Shown here: one piece after another, positions 1-10,379 of the stretch | Layout: each line of letters opens with the position of its first letter | Position numbering within the stretch: the stretch's first letter is position 1 | Origin: Burkholderiales bacterium | Lineage (GTDB): Bacteria; Pseudomonadota; Gammaproteobacteria; Burkholderiales; SG8-41 | Direction of reading: 5' to 3' | NCBI GenBank assembly: GCA_046595235.1 | Contig: JBKJPI010000236.1 | Location: forward strand, 1-35,224 | DNA: 35,224 bases | Notes under the pieces: model-generated | Seen by the model: only the letters and a program-made list of their open reading frames with translations | Database searches by the model: none | What the model was told of the DNA's origin: nothing | Program-made: the position numbers and the translations under genes

Positions 1-119
1 TTGAGGTTGTGCGTACGCGCGCCGCGGATGCGAATCAGTTCGCCCGTTGCAGGCGCGCGTTCTTCCGGCGCTTGAGCGCTACCGACGGGAACGAGATAGG
101 GTGAAGTTCGGGCGGCCAT
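1..119 (-). CDS. uvrA: Excinuclease ABC subunit UvrA, N-terminal fragment (gene continues beyond the left edge)
   Basis: Hand translation of the minus strand from ATG at 119-117 gives MAARTSPYLVPVGSAQAPEERAPATGELIRIRGARTHNL. IRIRGARTHNL matches the conserved UvrA N-terminal signature. The divergent uvrA/ssb arrangement is classical. Confidence 0.6.
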   Translation of the reverse strand, partial: MAARTSPYLVPVGSAQAPEERAPATGELIRIRGARTHNL

Positions 120-367
120 AGGGGCAACCCGCTAATATACCGAAACGCCCGTTCCATTCCCAACGCTGTAGGTCCCGCAAGTGTTGTCATCGCCGAGCCG
201 GGTATGCTCGTTATCTGAATCATGGCCGCGTCCGGCATGCAAAAGGCGCGCGGCAAGAGCGCTGGCGATACGCTGTCGAAAGCGCGCGGACTGCTCATCC
301 CAAGTGGACAGTCCCGGCTTTGACGAAGACAATGTGCTCCACATAATCGCAGGGCAAGGAGAGCTGC

Positions 368-844
368 ATGGCCTCAGTCAACAAGGTAATTCTGATTGGA
401 AATCTGGGTAAAGATCCGGAAACGCGGTATCTGCCGAGCGGCGATGCGGTCACCAACATCAACGTCGCAACGACCGATACGTGGAAAGACAAAGGTGGTG
501 AGAAGCAGGAGCATACCGAATGGCACCGCGTTGCCTTCTTCGGAAAAACAGCCGAAATTGCGGGCGAATACCTGAAGAAAGGCTCTCCGGTCTACGTAGA
601 AGGACGCATACGGACACGCAAGTGGCAGGATAAGGAAGGCCAGGATCGTTACACGACCGAGATTGTCGGAGATCGCATGCAGCTGCTCGGTGCGCGCGGA
701 GGCGGCGGAGGCGGCGGCGAGTCGGCGCCGCGTGAGTCCTCGCGCGAGCCCGCTGCAGCCGGTGCTTCGGCCGGTGGCAGTGCGAAGGCACCTGCGCGCA
801 AAGGCGGCGCATTCGACGAGATGGACGACGACATTCCTTTCTAG
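368..844 (+). CDS. ssb: Single-stranded DNA-binding protein
   Basis: 158 aa with an OB-fold N-terminus ([24 protein letters not shown]), a Gly-rich linker and the acidic C-terminal tip DDDIPF. AGGAGAG RBS upstream. Confidence 0.95.
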   Translation: MASVNKVILIGNLGKDPETRYLPSGDAVTNINVATTDTWKDKGGEKQEHTEWHRVAFFGKTAEIAGEYLKKGSPVYVEGRIRTRKWQDKEGQDRYTTEIVGDRMQLLGARGGGGGGGESAPRESSREPAAAGASAGGSAKAPARKGGAFDEMDDDIPF

Positions 845-862
845 CGAGCCCGGCTGGCTCGC
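844..862 (+). terminator. Hairpin directly after the ssb stop (GCGAGCC-CGGCT-GGCTCGC); weak terminator candidate
   Basis: 7-bp perfect stem at 844-850/856-862. Only a loose T-rich stretch (cgcttttct) follows about 10 nt later. Confidence 0.3.
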
Positions 863-927
863 GACCCCTTCGCTTTTCTGGCTGAAGCAGCTTGACGCGT
901 GGAGGGTCGCATGGACAATCGCTCTTC

Positions 928-1827
928 ATGGATGTCCTTGAAGCGTGTCGAGCCCAGATCCGCGGTCGCGGTCTGCGTGTTGTTTTTCCGGAAGCGTCTG
1001 ACGATCGAATCGTCGCCGCGGCGTGCCGCCTTCGTGAGGAAGGGCTTGCCGAGCCGATTCTCTTAAACAATCCCGAGGGCGGCGCGCTCGACGCGTATGC
1101 GGCGCTTTACCGGGAAGGGCGTCCCGGAACGAACTCGGCCATCGCGCGACGGTTTGCCGCCAAGCCGCTATTTCACGCGGGGCTCATGGTTAGAGCCGGC
1201 GATGCCGAAGCAATGGTTGCCGGCGTCATGAACCCCACTGCGCGTGTCATCGAAGCAGGGCGAATGACCGTGGGGCTCGCGCCTGGCATCGATACGCCGT
1301 CGAGCTTTTTCCTGATGGTGCTGGGCGAGCGGCAGCTCATTTACGCCGACTGTGCCGTCAACGCTGATCCCACTGCCGAACAACTGGCGGATATCGCGAT
1401 AGCTTCGGCTGAGAGCTGCCGCCGCCTGTTACGGGAAGAGCCGCGCGTGGCGCTTCTTTCGTTCTCGACGAAGGGCAGCGCAAGGCACCCATGCGTCGAC
1501 AAGGTCGTGCGAGCACTCGATATCGCACGTCAGCGCGCGCCGAACCTTGCAATCGACGGCGAGTTGCAGGCAGATACGGCACTCTCTCGCGCGGTCGCGG
1601 CAAAAAAGCTGACGGAGATCGGTTCTGTCGCTGGCCGGGCAAACGTGCTCGTTTTTCCAAATCTCGATTCAGGAAATATCGGATACAAGCTTACGCAGCA
1701 CCTCGGCGGCGCCCAGGCGATCGGACCCGTGCTGCAGGGTTTTGCGCGGCCTTTGAGCGATTTGTCCCGCGGTGCGAGCATCGACGACATCGTGGATACC
1801 GCGGTTTTAGTGCTCGCGCTTGCGTGA
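928..1827 (+). CDS. Phosphate acetyl/butyryl-transferase family protein (PTA_PTB domain only)
   Basis: Motifs LSFSTKGSA and [13 protein letters not shown] are typical of phosphotransacetylases. The ORF opens at TTG 892, but ATG 928 (MDVLEA..) is the more likely start. Confidence 0.85.
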   Translation: MDVLEACRAQIRGRGLRVVFPEASDDRIVAAACRLREEGLAEPILLNNPEGGALDAYAALYREGRPGTNSAIARRFAAKPLFHAGLMVRAGDAEAMVAGVMNPTARVIEAGRMTVGLAPGIDTPSSFFLMVLGERQLIYADCAVNADPTAEQLADIAIASAESCRRLLREEPRVALLSFSTKGSARHPCVDKVVRALDIARQRAPNLAIDGELQADTALSRAVAAKKLTEIGSVAGRANVLVFPNLDSGNIGYKLTQHLGGAQAIGPVLQGFARPLSDLSRGASIDDIVDTAVLVLALA

Positions 1828-1864
1828 CCCCCGTGACAGCAATCGCGCGCCGCTGCGCGACGGC

Positions 1865-1894
1865 TTCGTCGCTGCTAAGGGGTTAAGGTATAAT
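1865..1894 (+). promoter_or_regulatory. Candidate sigma70 promoter for the FmdB-DUF502-aspS operon
   Basis: Perfect TATAAT at 1889-1894, 24 nt before ATG 1918. Weak -35 (TTCGTC) 18 nt upstream. Confidence 0.3.
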
Positions 1895-1917
1895 GATTTT
1901 TTCCCTGTGGGGCGATC

Positions 1918-2298
1918 ATGCCGATCTACGAATATCGCTGCACCACGTGCGGTTTCGAGAAAGATTTCTTGCAGAAAGTAAGCGATCCCATCCTGACGGA
2001 CTGTCCGGAATGCGGCAAAGCGACATTCGAGAAGCAACTTACCGCCGCCGGGTTCCAGCTCAAAGGCAACGGATGGTATGCCACGGACTTCAAAAACAAC
2101 GGGACGAAGCCTGCGGTAGACAAGAGCAAACCCGCGGCGTCCTCCGACAAAGGCACGGCTGAGTCTGACAAGTCCGGATCCACATCCGAAAAATCGGAGT
2201 CGACATCGGAGAAATCCCAGGCTTCATCGGACAAGAGCACGAGCGAGAAGGACAAGCCTGCGGAAACCAAGAAGCCCGAGAAGTCAGCGTCGACCTGA
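1918..2298 (+). CDS. FmdB-family zinc-ribbon protein with a Ser/Lys/Glu low-complexity tail
   Basis: MPIYEYRCTTCG...CPECG gives two CxxC pairs, the FmdB/CxxC_CxxC_SSSS signature. The C-terminal half is repetitive (STSEKSESTSEKS). Confidence 0.85.
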   Translation: MPIYEYRCTTCGFEKDFLQKVSDPILTDCPECGKATFEKQLTAAGFQLKGNGWYATDFKNNGTKPAVDKSKPAASSDKGTAESDKSGSTSEKSESTSEKSQASSDKSTSEKDKPAETKKPEKSAST

Positions 2299-2427
2299 AG
2301 ACGGCGCCGAAAGTCCTACCTCCTACCCTCGCTGAAGCATCCGTTTTGGATGCCGCGCGATGGAGCCGATCCGGCGCCTGACGACAGTCCCGAAGTTCCT
2401 CCGCCCGCCACCTAACCGACGCCCGCA

Positions 2428-3108
2428 ATGCCTCCGAAGAATCCGATCAGGCGCTACTTCATCACGGGTCTTCTCGTGTGGGTGCCGATCGTGATCACTG
2501 TATGGGTCTTGAGCGTGCTCGTCGGAACGATGGACCAGACGCTGCTCCTGCTGCCTCCTGCGCTACGCACGGAGAACTGGCTTGGTGTTTACGTGCCGGG
2601 GATGGGCGCGGTGCTCACGCTTCTTGTCATCTTCTTGACGGGCCTCTTCGCTGCAAACATTCTCGGGCAGCGGCTCGTGCGCTACTGGGAGCGAGCGATG
2701 GCGCGCATTCCGGTCGTGAACTCGATCTACAACGGCGTCAAGCAGGTAAGCGATACGCTGTTCTCGCCAACCGGCCAGGCTTTCCGGAAAGTGCTACTGG
2801 TGCAGTGGCCGAGTCCCGGTACGTGGACGATAGCGTTTCAGACCGGTAAGCCTGGCGGGGACGTAGCGAATCACCTGCAGGGCGATTATCTAAGTATTTA
2901 CGTACCGACGACGCCAAATCCAACCGGCGGTTACTTCGTCATGGTGGCGCGGAGTTCGGTCGTCGAGCTGGACATGTCCGTCGATGAAGCGCTGAAGTAT
3001 GTGATCTCGATGGGTGTCATATCTCCGGGTGCGGGAAAGCGAGGCACACGACTGCCTCCGCAGCCCGCGCCTGCGCCCGAGCAGCCGGTGCAGGCCATCA
3101 ACCAATAG
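2428..3108 (+). CDS. DUF502-domain membrane protein
   Basis: Two N-terminal TM helices plus conserved IPVVNSIY..VKQV and TTPNPTGGY segments typical of DUF502. Conserved position upstream of aspS in betaproteobacteria. Confidence 0.85.
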   Translation: MPPKNPIRRYFITGLLVWVPIVITVWVLSVLVGTMDQTLLLLPPALRTENWLGVYVPGMGAVLTLLVIFLTGLFAANILGQRLVRYWERAMARIPVVNSIYNGVKQVSDTLFSPTGQAFRKVLLVQWPSPGTWTIAFQTGKPGGDVANHLQGDYLSIYVPTTPNPTGGYFVMVARSSVVELDMSVDEALKYVISMGVISPGAGKRGTRLPPQPAPAPEQPVQAINQ

Positions 3109-3153
3109 TCGATCGGTGCCCGAGGCGCCGTTCGCTTGAAGACTTCAAAAAAT

Positions 3154-4935
<1,782 letters not shown>

Positions 4936-4945
4936 GCAGACGGCC

Positions 4946-5344
4946 GTGCAGCAGTTGAGCGCACGCGTCGTGCGCGCCGTCACAATCGGACTCGTTCTCA
5001 CGCTCACAGCGTGTGCATTGGCGGTGCCCGCGTTTGCGAGGACGAGCCCGGGTCAGGAGTTACCCCATGCAGCCGGCATTGCGTTTTCGGCCTTGCCCGT
5101 GGAAGCGCAGCGCACTGCGCGTCTCGTTCGCGAGGGTGGCCCCTTCCCTTACGAGCGGGACGGCGTCGTCTTTGGTAACTTCGAGCGACTGCTGCCCAGG
5201 CGCGAGCGCGGCTACTACCGCGAGTACACGGTTCCGACTCCGGGGGTGAAGCACCGCGGCGCGCGCCGGCTGGTGGCAGGTCGCGGGGGCGAGCTCTATT
5301 ACACCAGCGATCATTACGCGAGCTTCAGCCGAGTCAGAGAATGA
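4946..5344 (+). CDS. Secreted guanyl-specific ribonuclease (RNase Sa/N1/T1-barnase superfamily)
   Basis: GYYREYTVPTPGVKHRGARRLVAG...LYYTSDHYASFSRV closely mirrors the RNase Sa catalytic core. N-terminal signal peptide (VRAVTIGLVLTLTACALAVPAFA). GTG 4946 lies just after the aspS stop. The upstream part of the 184-aa ORF overlaps aspS and is rejected. Confidence 0.85.
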   Translation: MQQLSARVVRAVTIGLVLTLTACALAVPAFARTSPGQELPHAAGIAFSALPVEAQRTARLVREGGPFPYERDGVVFGNFERLLPRRERGYYREYTVPTPGVKHRGARRLVAGRGGELYYTSDHYASFSRVRE

Positions 5345-5754
5345 GCGCACGATCAAGCCTGCCTCCCGAACGTTCCGGCGTCTACCGCAGCCCACCCGAT
5401 GTTGGCGCTGTAGAGGCTCGGGCGGCCGCTGCGGGCGTCTTCGCGCTTTCGGCGGATCTTGGAACGATCGAAAGCAAGCGCGAGCTTCTGGAGGCGTTGG
5501 CCGGCGCGCTGGCGCTTCCGAAATCCTTCGGCGGAAACTGGGATGCGCTCGCAGACAGCCTCCAGGACCTGCCGCTTCCCGAACAGGGGTGCGTGCTTCG
5601 TCTAAAGCGCACGACAGGCTTGCGGCCGGCGCTGGGAAGCGAATGGTTCATCCTTCTTGAAATCCTGGCCGACACCGCCACTTTCTGGAAAGACCGAGGC
5701 CGCGCCTTCGTCGTTTTCATGGATGACGCCACCGAGCTGCCTGTCTGGCGATGA
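5341..5754 (+). CDS. Barstar-family ribonuclease inhibitor
   Basis: FGGNWDALADSLQDL matches the barstar signature (F/YGxNxDALxDxL). Start overlaps the RNase stop (ATGA at 5341-5344). Confidence 0.85.
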   Translation: MSARSSLPPERSGVYRSPPDVGAVEARAAAAGVFALSADLGTIESKRELLEALAGALALPKSFGGNWDALADSLQDLPLPEQGCVLRLKRTTGLRPALGSEWFILLEILADTATFWKDRGRAFVVFMDDATELPVWR

Positions 5755-6239
5755 CCGCGCCGCTGTACAAAGTCCCCATATCGGTGCTGGTCCTGGTGCA
5801 TACGAGCGACCTGCACGTGCTGCTGATGGAACGCGCCGATCGTCCCGGTTTCTGGCAGTCCGTCACCGGAAGCCAGAACGCCGGTGAAACACTCGGGCAG
5901 ACGGCGACACGTGAGCTCTACGAAGAGACCGGTCTGGATGCTGCGCGTTACGGCCTTGTCGACTGGCAGAAGCAGAACATTTTCGAGATCTATCCGCACT
6001 GGCGCTACCGCTATGCGCCTGGAGTCACGCACAACACCGAAAACGTCTTTGCCGTGGAGCTTCCGGAGCGCGTCTCAATCACGCTTGCGCCGCGCGAGCA
6101 CCTGGCGTACGAGTGGCTGCCGTGGCAAGCGGCTGCCGGGAAGGCCTTCTCGTGGACCAACGCTGAAGTCATTCGCGAGCTCCCTTCGAGGGCGCGATCA
6201 TCGTCGAGCGCTGCGCCTGCGGCGGCCGGGGGAACTTAA
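5751..6239 (+). CDS. nudB: NUDIX hydrolase, dihydroneopterin triphosphate diphosphatase-like
   Basis: Nudix box GETLGQTATRELYEETGL and an N-terminus (KVPISVLVLVHT) typical of NudB. ATGA overlap with the barstar stop. The aspS...nudB synteny is common in betaproteobacteria. Confidence 0.8.
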   Translation: MTAPLYKVPISVLVLVHTSDLHVLLMERADRPGFWQSVTGSQNAGETLGQTATRELYEETGLDAARYGLVDWQKQNIFEIYPHWRYRYAPGVTHNTENVFAVELPERVSITLAPREHLAYEWLPWQAAAGKAFSWTNAEVIRELPSRARSSSSAAPAAAGGT

Positions 6240-6396
6240 GGGTATTTGCGGGGGTCGCATTGCGTGCGAAAGCGCTCGCACGAGGCGTCCCTGACATGCG
6301 TCGTGACACGGCCTTTTGGCGGTGGGCCGCACGGTGGATTTTTTGCAGCATTATGGTAGTGTTGGGCGTTAGCTTGCTTCGGTATCGGGGACGAGA

Positions 6397-7494
6397 ATGG
6401 AAGTCAGCACGATCACCTTTGACCGTTTCAAACCGCTCGCGGACGACGCGTGCGAAGCCCGTATCGTCGAAGCAAAGCGTGCGCTCGGCGGGCGCGCGGT
6501 CATTCTCGGGCATCACTACCAGCGCGCCGATGTGTACAGGCACGCCGACCTCACGGGCGACTCGCTGAGACTCGCGAAGCTCGCCTCCCAGACAGATGCC
6601 GAGTACATCGTGTTCTGCGGCGTGCATTTCATGGCGGAAGTCGCGGACATTCTTTCGAAGCCACACCAGAAAGCAATTCTTCCGGATCTGTCGGCGGGGT
6701 GCTCGATGGCCGACATGGCGAATCTTGCGAAAGTGGACCGGGCGTGGCGCGAGCTCGGCGAAGTTCTTGATCCGGACGAGAAGGTCACTCCAGTCACCTA
6801 CATCAACTCGGCCGCCGACCTGAAGGCTTTCTGCGGCGAGCATGGCGGCATCGTGTGCACGTCGACGAACGCACGCGAAATCCTTCAATGGTCGCTTGCA
6901 CGTCGTGAAAAGGTCCTGTTCTTCCCCGACCAGCACCTTGGACGCTGGACCGGCTATCTCATGGACATCCCGCTTTGCGAAATGCTCGTGTGGGACCCCG
7001 ATGAGCCTATGGGAGGCCTCACCGCACAGCAGATCAAGATGGCGAAAGTCCTGCTGTGGAAAGGCCACTGCTCGGTTCACCAGATGTTTCAGGCGCAGCA
7101 CGTGCTCCGCTGGCGCCAGCAGAATCCGAGCGGCATGGTCATCAGCCACCCTGAGTGCAACTTCGAGGTGTGCAAGCTCTCCGATTACGTCGGATCGACC
7201 GACTTCATCATCAAAACCATTGCCAACAGCGCGCCGGGCACGCGCTGGCTCGTCGGAACCGAGCTCAATCTCGTCAATCGCATTGCTGAGGAATACAGGC
7301 CGCAAGGCAAGGTCGTCCAGTTCATGGCGCCGACCGTGTGCATGTGCTCGACCATGGCGCGAATTGATCCGCAGCATCTCGCCTGGAGCCTGGAAAACCT
7401 CGTTGACGGCAATGTGGTGAACCAGATCAAGGTTCCGGAACAAGAAGCCGGGCTCGCACGCATCGCGCTCGATCGGATGCTCGCTGTCTCCTGA
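6397..7494 (+). CDS. nadA: Quinolinate synthase NadA
   Basis: 365 aa. GHHYQ, FCGVHFMAE and conserved Cys residues (CSMA, CSVH, CxC) fit NadA. Confidence 0.9.
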   Translation: MEVSTITFDRFKPLADDACEARIVEAKRALGGRAVILGHHYQRADVYRHADLTGDSLRLAKLASQTDAEYIVFCGVHFMAEVADILSKPHQKAILPDLSAGCSMADMANLAKVDRAWRELGEVLDPDEKVTPVTYINSAADLKAFCGEHGGIVCTSTNAREILQWSLARREKVLFFPDQHLGRWTGYLMDIPLCEMLVWDPDEPMGGLTAQQIKMAKVLLWKGHCSVHQMFQAQHVLRWRQQNPSGMVISHPECNFEVCKLSDYVGSTDFIIKTIANSAPGTRWLVGTELNLVNRIAEEYRPQGKVVQFMAPTVCMCSTMARIDPQHLAWSLENLVDGNVVNQIKVPEQEAGLARIALDRMLAVS

Positions 7495-7557
7495 AGCGGC
7501 GGGGTGTGCGGATGCGCACGTCCTGGCGCCCCTCCGAGTTCCTGACGTGCAGCCATC

Positions 7558-8319
7558 GTGACGCGCCGCCTGCACGTCGTCACCTACAACATCCACAAGG
7601 GGCTGTCGCTCTTCAACCGGCGGCTCGTGATCCACGAGTTACGCGACAGGCTGCGGCAGCTCGGCGCCGACATCGTCTTCCTTCAGGAAGTGCAGGGCAC
7701 ACACGACGGCAACGCCGCCCTGCACGGCGAGGACTGGCCGATCGAGCCGCAGTACGAGTTTCTCGCGGACGAAGTGTGGGGCGACTTCGCGTATGGACGT
7801 AACGCAGTCTACGACCATGGGCACCACGGCAACGCGATCCTCTCGCGTTTTCCCATTCAGTATTGGGACAACCAGGACGTTTCTGCGCATCGGTTCGAAA
7901 AGCGCGGGCTGCTTCACTGCGAAGTCGCCATACCGGGCTGGGACGTGCCGCTGCACTGCGTGTGCGTCCACCTTGCGTTGACCTCACGAGGGCGAAGCCG
8001 CCAGATTGAACGCCTGCGTCAAAGGATCGAGCGCGTGGTGCCGGCCAATGCCCCGCTCATCGTCGCCGGCGATTTCAACGACTGGCACTGGCGGCACAAG
8101 GCGACTCAGGAGCTGGCGCATCCGCTCAACATGCAGGAGGTCTTCGAGCTGATCCGCGGCCTCCCTGCGCGCAGCTTTCCCGCCATGCTCCCGGTATTCA
8201 GGCTCGATCGCATATACGTGCGCGGGTTTCGGGTGAGCCGCGCTCACGTGCACCACGGGCCCGTCTGGGGCCGCATCTCCGACCACGCCGCACTGGCGAC
8301 TACGATCGAGCGCTTGTAA
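7558..8319 (+). CDS. Endonuclease/exonuclease/phosphatase (EEP) family protein
   Basis: TYNIHKG, FLQEV, GDFND and SDH motifs of the EEP fold. GTG start. Confidence 0.85.
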   Translation: MTRRLHVVTYNIHKGLSLFNRRLVIHELRDRLRQLGADIVFLQEVQGTHDGNAALHGEDWPIEPQYEFLADEVWGDFAYGRNAVYDHGHHGNAILSRFPIQYWDNQDVSAHRFEKRGLLHCEVAIPGWDVPLHCVCVHLALTSRGRSRQIERLRQRIERVVPANAPLIVAGDFNDWHWRHKATQELAHPLNMQEVFELIRGLPARSFPAMLPVFRLDRIYVRGFRVSRAHVHHGPVWGRISDHAALATTIERL

Positions 8320-8455
8320 GACGCTCGCCCCCATACTGCGCATGTCGCCCTCCGGCGCCACCGCTTCGGGCTTCCGGCATCCTGATTGCTTGGGTCACGG
8401 GAAGTGAAGGCGCCAGAGCGCCGACGCTTTTATCCTCCTCCTTTGGTACGTCTTG

Positions 8456-8482
8456 GGGCGCGATTCTGGCGCCCTCTTTTTT
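8456..8482 (+). terminator. Rho-independent terminator after the EEP gene
   Basis: GGGCGC (8456-8461), 7-nt loop, GCGCCC (8469-8474), then TCTTTTTT. It lies inside the 5' extension of the ABC ORF, which argues for the ATG 8550 start. Confidence 0.6.
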
Positions 8483-8549
8483 GGGCGGACCGCAAGCGCC
8501 GTCGTCCAGCGGCAGGCGCTCGCCGCGCCGCTTCTGGAATCGCCGCGCC

Positions 8550-10364
8550 ATGAGATCTCTCGCGACCGACTTGCCCTCGAATCACCGCGTCCGCGAATGG
8601 CGGGTCGTGCCAATGCTCGTGCCGTATCTCATGGAGTACAAGGCCCGGGTCGCCGTCGCACTCGTCTTTCTCGTGACCGCCAAGCTCGCCAACGTTTCGG
8701 TGCCGCTTATCCTGAAGGAAATCGTCGACCGGCTGACCCCGACGCAGGCGATCCTTGCCCTGCCGCTCGCGTTCCTGGTGGCATACGGTGCGCTGCGGCT
8801 GTCCACGACCCTTTTTGCGGAACTTCGCGACCTCGTGTTCGTCCGGGTCACGCAGCGTGCGATACGGCGTATAGCGTTGAATGTTTTCCGCCATTTGCAC
8901 GCACTGTCGCTGCGCTTCCACCTTGAACGGCAAACCGGCGGCGTGTCGCGGGACATCGAGCGCGGTACGCGCGGGATCTCGACGATGTTGTCCTACATGC
9001 TGTTCTCGATCATTCCGGTCGTGCTCGAGTTCACGCTTGTCGCCATCGTTCTCTGGGCCAAGTTCGACTGGCGTTTCATGGCGGTCACTTTTTCAGCCGT
9101 CATCGTCTATATCGGTTTTACGATCTGGGTCACCGAGTGGCGCATGGACATCAGACGCCGCGCGAACGAGCTCGACTCGCGTGCGAACACGCGAGCAATC
9201 GACAGCTTGCTGAACTACGAAACCGTCAAATACTTCAACAACGAGGAATACGAGGCCCGTCGTTACGACGACAACCTCCGCCAGTACGAAAATGCCGCGG
9301 TCAAGACCGAAGCATCGCTGGGCCTTCTGAATATCGGGCAGAGCCTCATCATTGCTATCGCGGTAACGCTGCTCATGATTCTTGCTGCAGACGGCGTGGT
9401 GAAGGCGACCCTGACGCTCGGCGATCTCGTGCTCATCAACGGCCTGCTCATCCAGCTTTATATTCCACTCAACTTTCTGGGTATGGTATATCGCGAGATC
9501 AAGCAGGCCCTCACTGACATGGATCGCATGTTCAGGCTGCTCGAGGAACATCGGGAGGTCGAAGACAGTGCTGACGCAGTGATGCTGCCGTCAGGACCGG
9601 CATCGATTCAGTTCGACCGCGTGAATTTCAATTACGACTCCAACCGTCAGATTCTTCATGAGGTAAGTTTCGAGCTTCCTGCCGGCAGGAAGCTCGCGGT
9701 TGTGGGCCACAGTGGCTCGGGCAAATCAACGCTCGCGCGGTTGCTATATCGCTTCTACGACGTGAGCTCGGGCGCGGTGAAAGTGAACGGCGTCGATCTG
9801 AAGAAGATTCGGCAGTCCAGTCTTCGCGGGGCGATCGGCATCGTTCCGCAGGACACTGTGCTTTTCAACGATACGATTTACTACAACATTCAGTATGGCC
9901 GCCCGGATGCATCACGGGAAGAAGTTATCGATGCCGCGAAAGCCGCGCACATTCATGACTTCATCGTAAGCCTGCCGGACGGTTACGAGGCGCGGGTCGG
10001 CGAGCGTGGATTGAAGCTGTCGGGCGGCGAGAAGCAGCGTGTCGCGATTGCACGCGCGATATTAAAAGACCCGCGTATTCTCATTTTCGACGAAGCGACT
10101 TCGGCGCTCGATTCCAAATCTGAAAAAGCGATCCAGTCCGAGCTCGACCGCATCGCACATGGCCATACCACGCTCGTGATTGCGCATCGGCTCTCTACGA
10201 TCATGGACGCAGACGAAATCCTCGTGATGGACCACGGGCGCATCGTCGAGCGTGGCACTCACCGTGAGCTCCTCGCGCTGGACGGCGCTTACGCGCAGAT
10301 GTGGGCCCTTCAGCAGCAGGAGGAGCAGGTGGTGCGAGCGCGCGAAGTTGCAGTCGCGCGCTGA
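8550..10364 (+). CDS. ABC transporter permease/ATPase, ATM1/HMT1-type exporter
   Basis: Six-TM domain followed by an NBD (Walker A GHSGSGKST, LSGGEKQR, Walker B ILIFDEATSALD). LNYETVKYFNNEEYE is typical of the ATM1/ABCB7 clade. Confidence 0.9.
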   Translation: MRSLATDLPSNHRVREWRVVPMLVPYLMEYKARVAVALVFLVTAKLANVSVPLILKEIVDRLTPTQAILALPLAFLVAYGALRLSTTLFAELRDLVFVRVTQRAIRRIALNVFRHLHALSLRFHLERQTGGVSRDIERGTRGISTMLSYMLFSIIPVVLEFTLVAIVLWAKFDWRFMAVTFSAVIVYIGFTIWVTEWRMDIRRRANELDSRANTRAIDSLLNYETVKYFNNEEYEARRYDDNLRQYENAAVKTEASLGLLNIGQSLIIAIAVTLLMILAADGVVKATLTLGDLVLINGLLIQLYIPLNFLGMVYREIKQALTDMDRMFRLLEEHREVEDSADAVMLPSGPASIQFDRVNFNYDSNRQILHEVSFELPAGRKLAVVGHSGSGKSTLARLLYRFYDVSSGAVKVNGVDLKKIRQSSLRGAIGIVPQDTVLFNDTIYYNIQYGRPDASREEVIDAAKAAHIHDFIVSLPDGYEARVGERGLKLSGGEKQRVAIARAILKDPRILIFDEATSALDSKSEKAIQSELDRIAHGHTTLVIAHRLSTIMDADEILVMDHGRIVERGTHRELLALDGAYAQMWALQQQEEQVVRAREVAVAR

Positions 10365-10379
10365 CTGAAAAACGCGACG

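Noticed and set aside
120-367. Expected LexA/SOS box (CTGT-N8-ACAG) in the divergent uvrA-ssb promoter region
   Set aside because: I scanned both CTGT occurrences and the ACAG at about 308. None has the partner half-site at the correct spacing, so no SOS box is claimed.
701-725. GGC/GGA triplet repeat
   Set aside because: It encodes the poly-Gly linker of SSB (GGGGGGG) and is not an independent repeat element.
459-1070. 203-aa minus-strand ORF across ssb and the pta-like gene
   Set aside because: It is antisense to two well-supported genes and has an extremely Arg-rich translation.
6169-7635. 488-aa minus-strand ORF
   Set aside because: It is antisense to nadA and the start of the EEP gene. 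The translation is Arg/His/Ala-rich with no motifs, a typical high-GC shadow ORF. The plus-strand products have clear family signatures.
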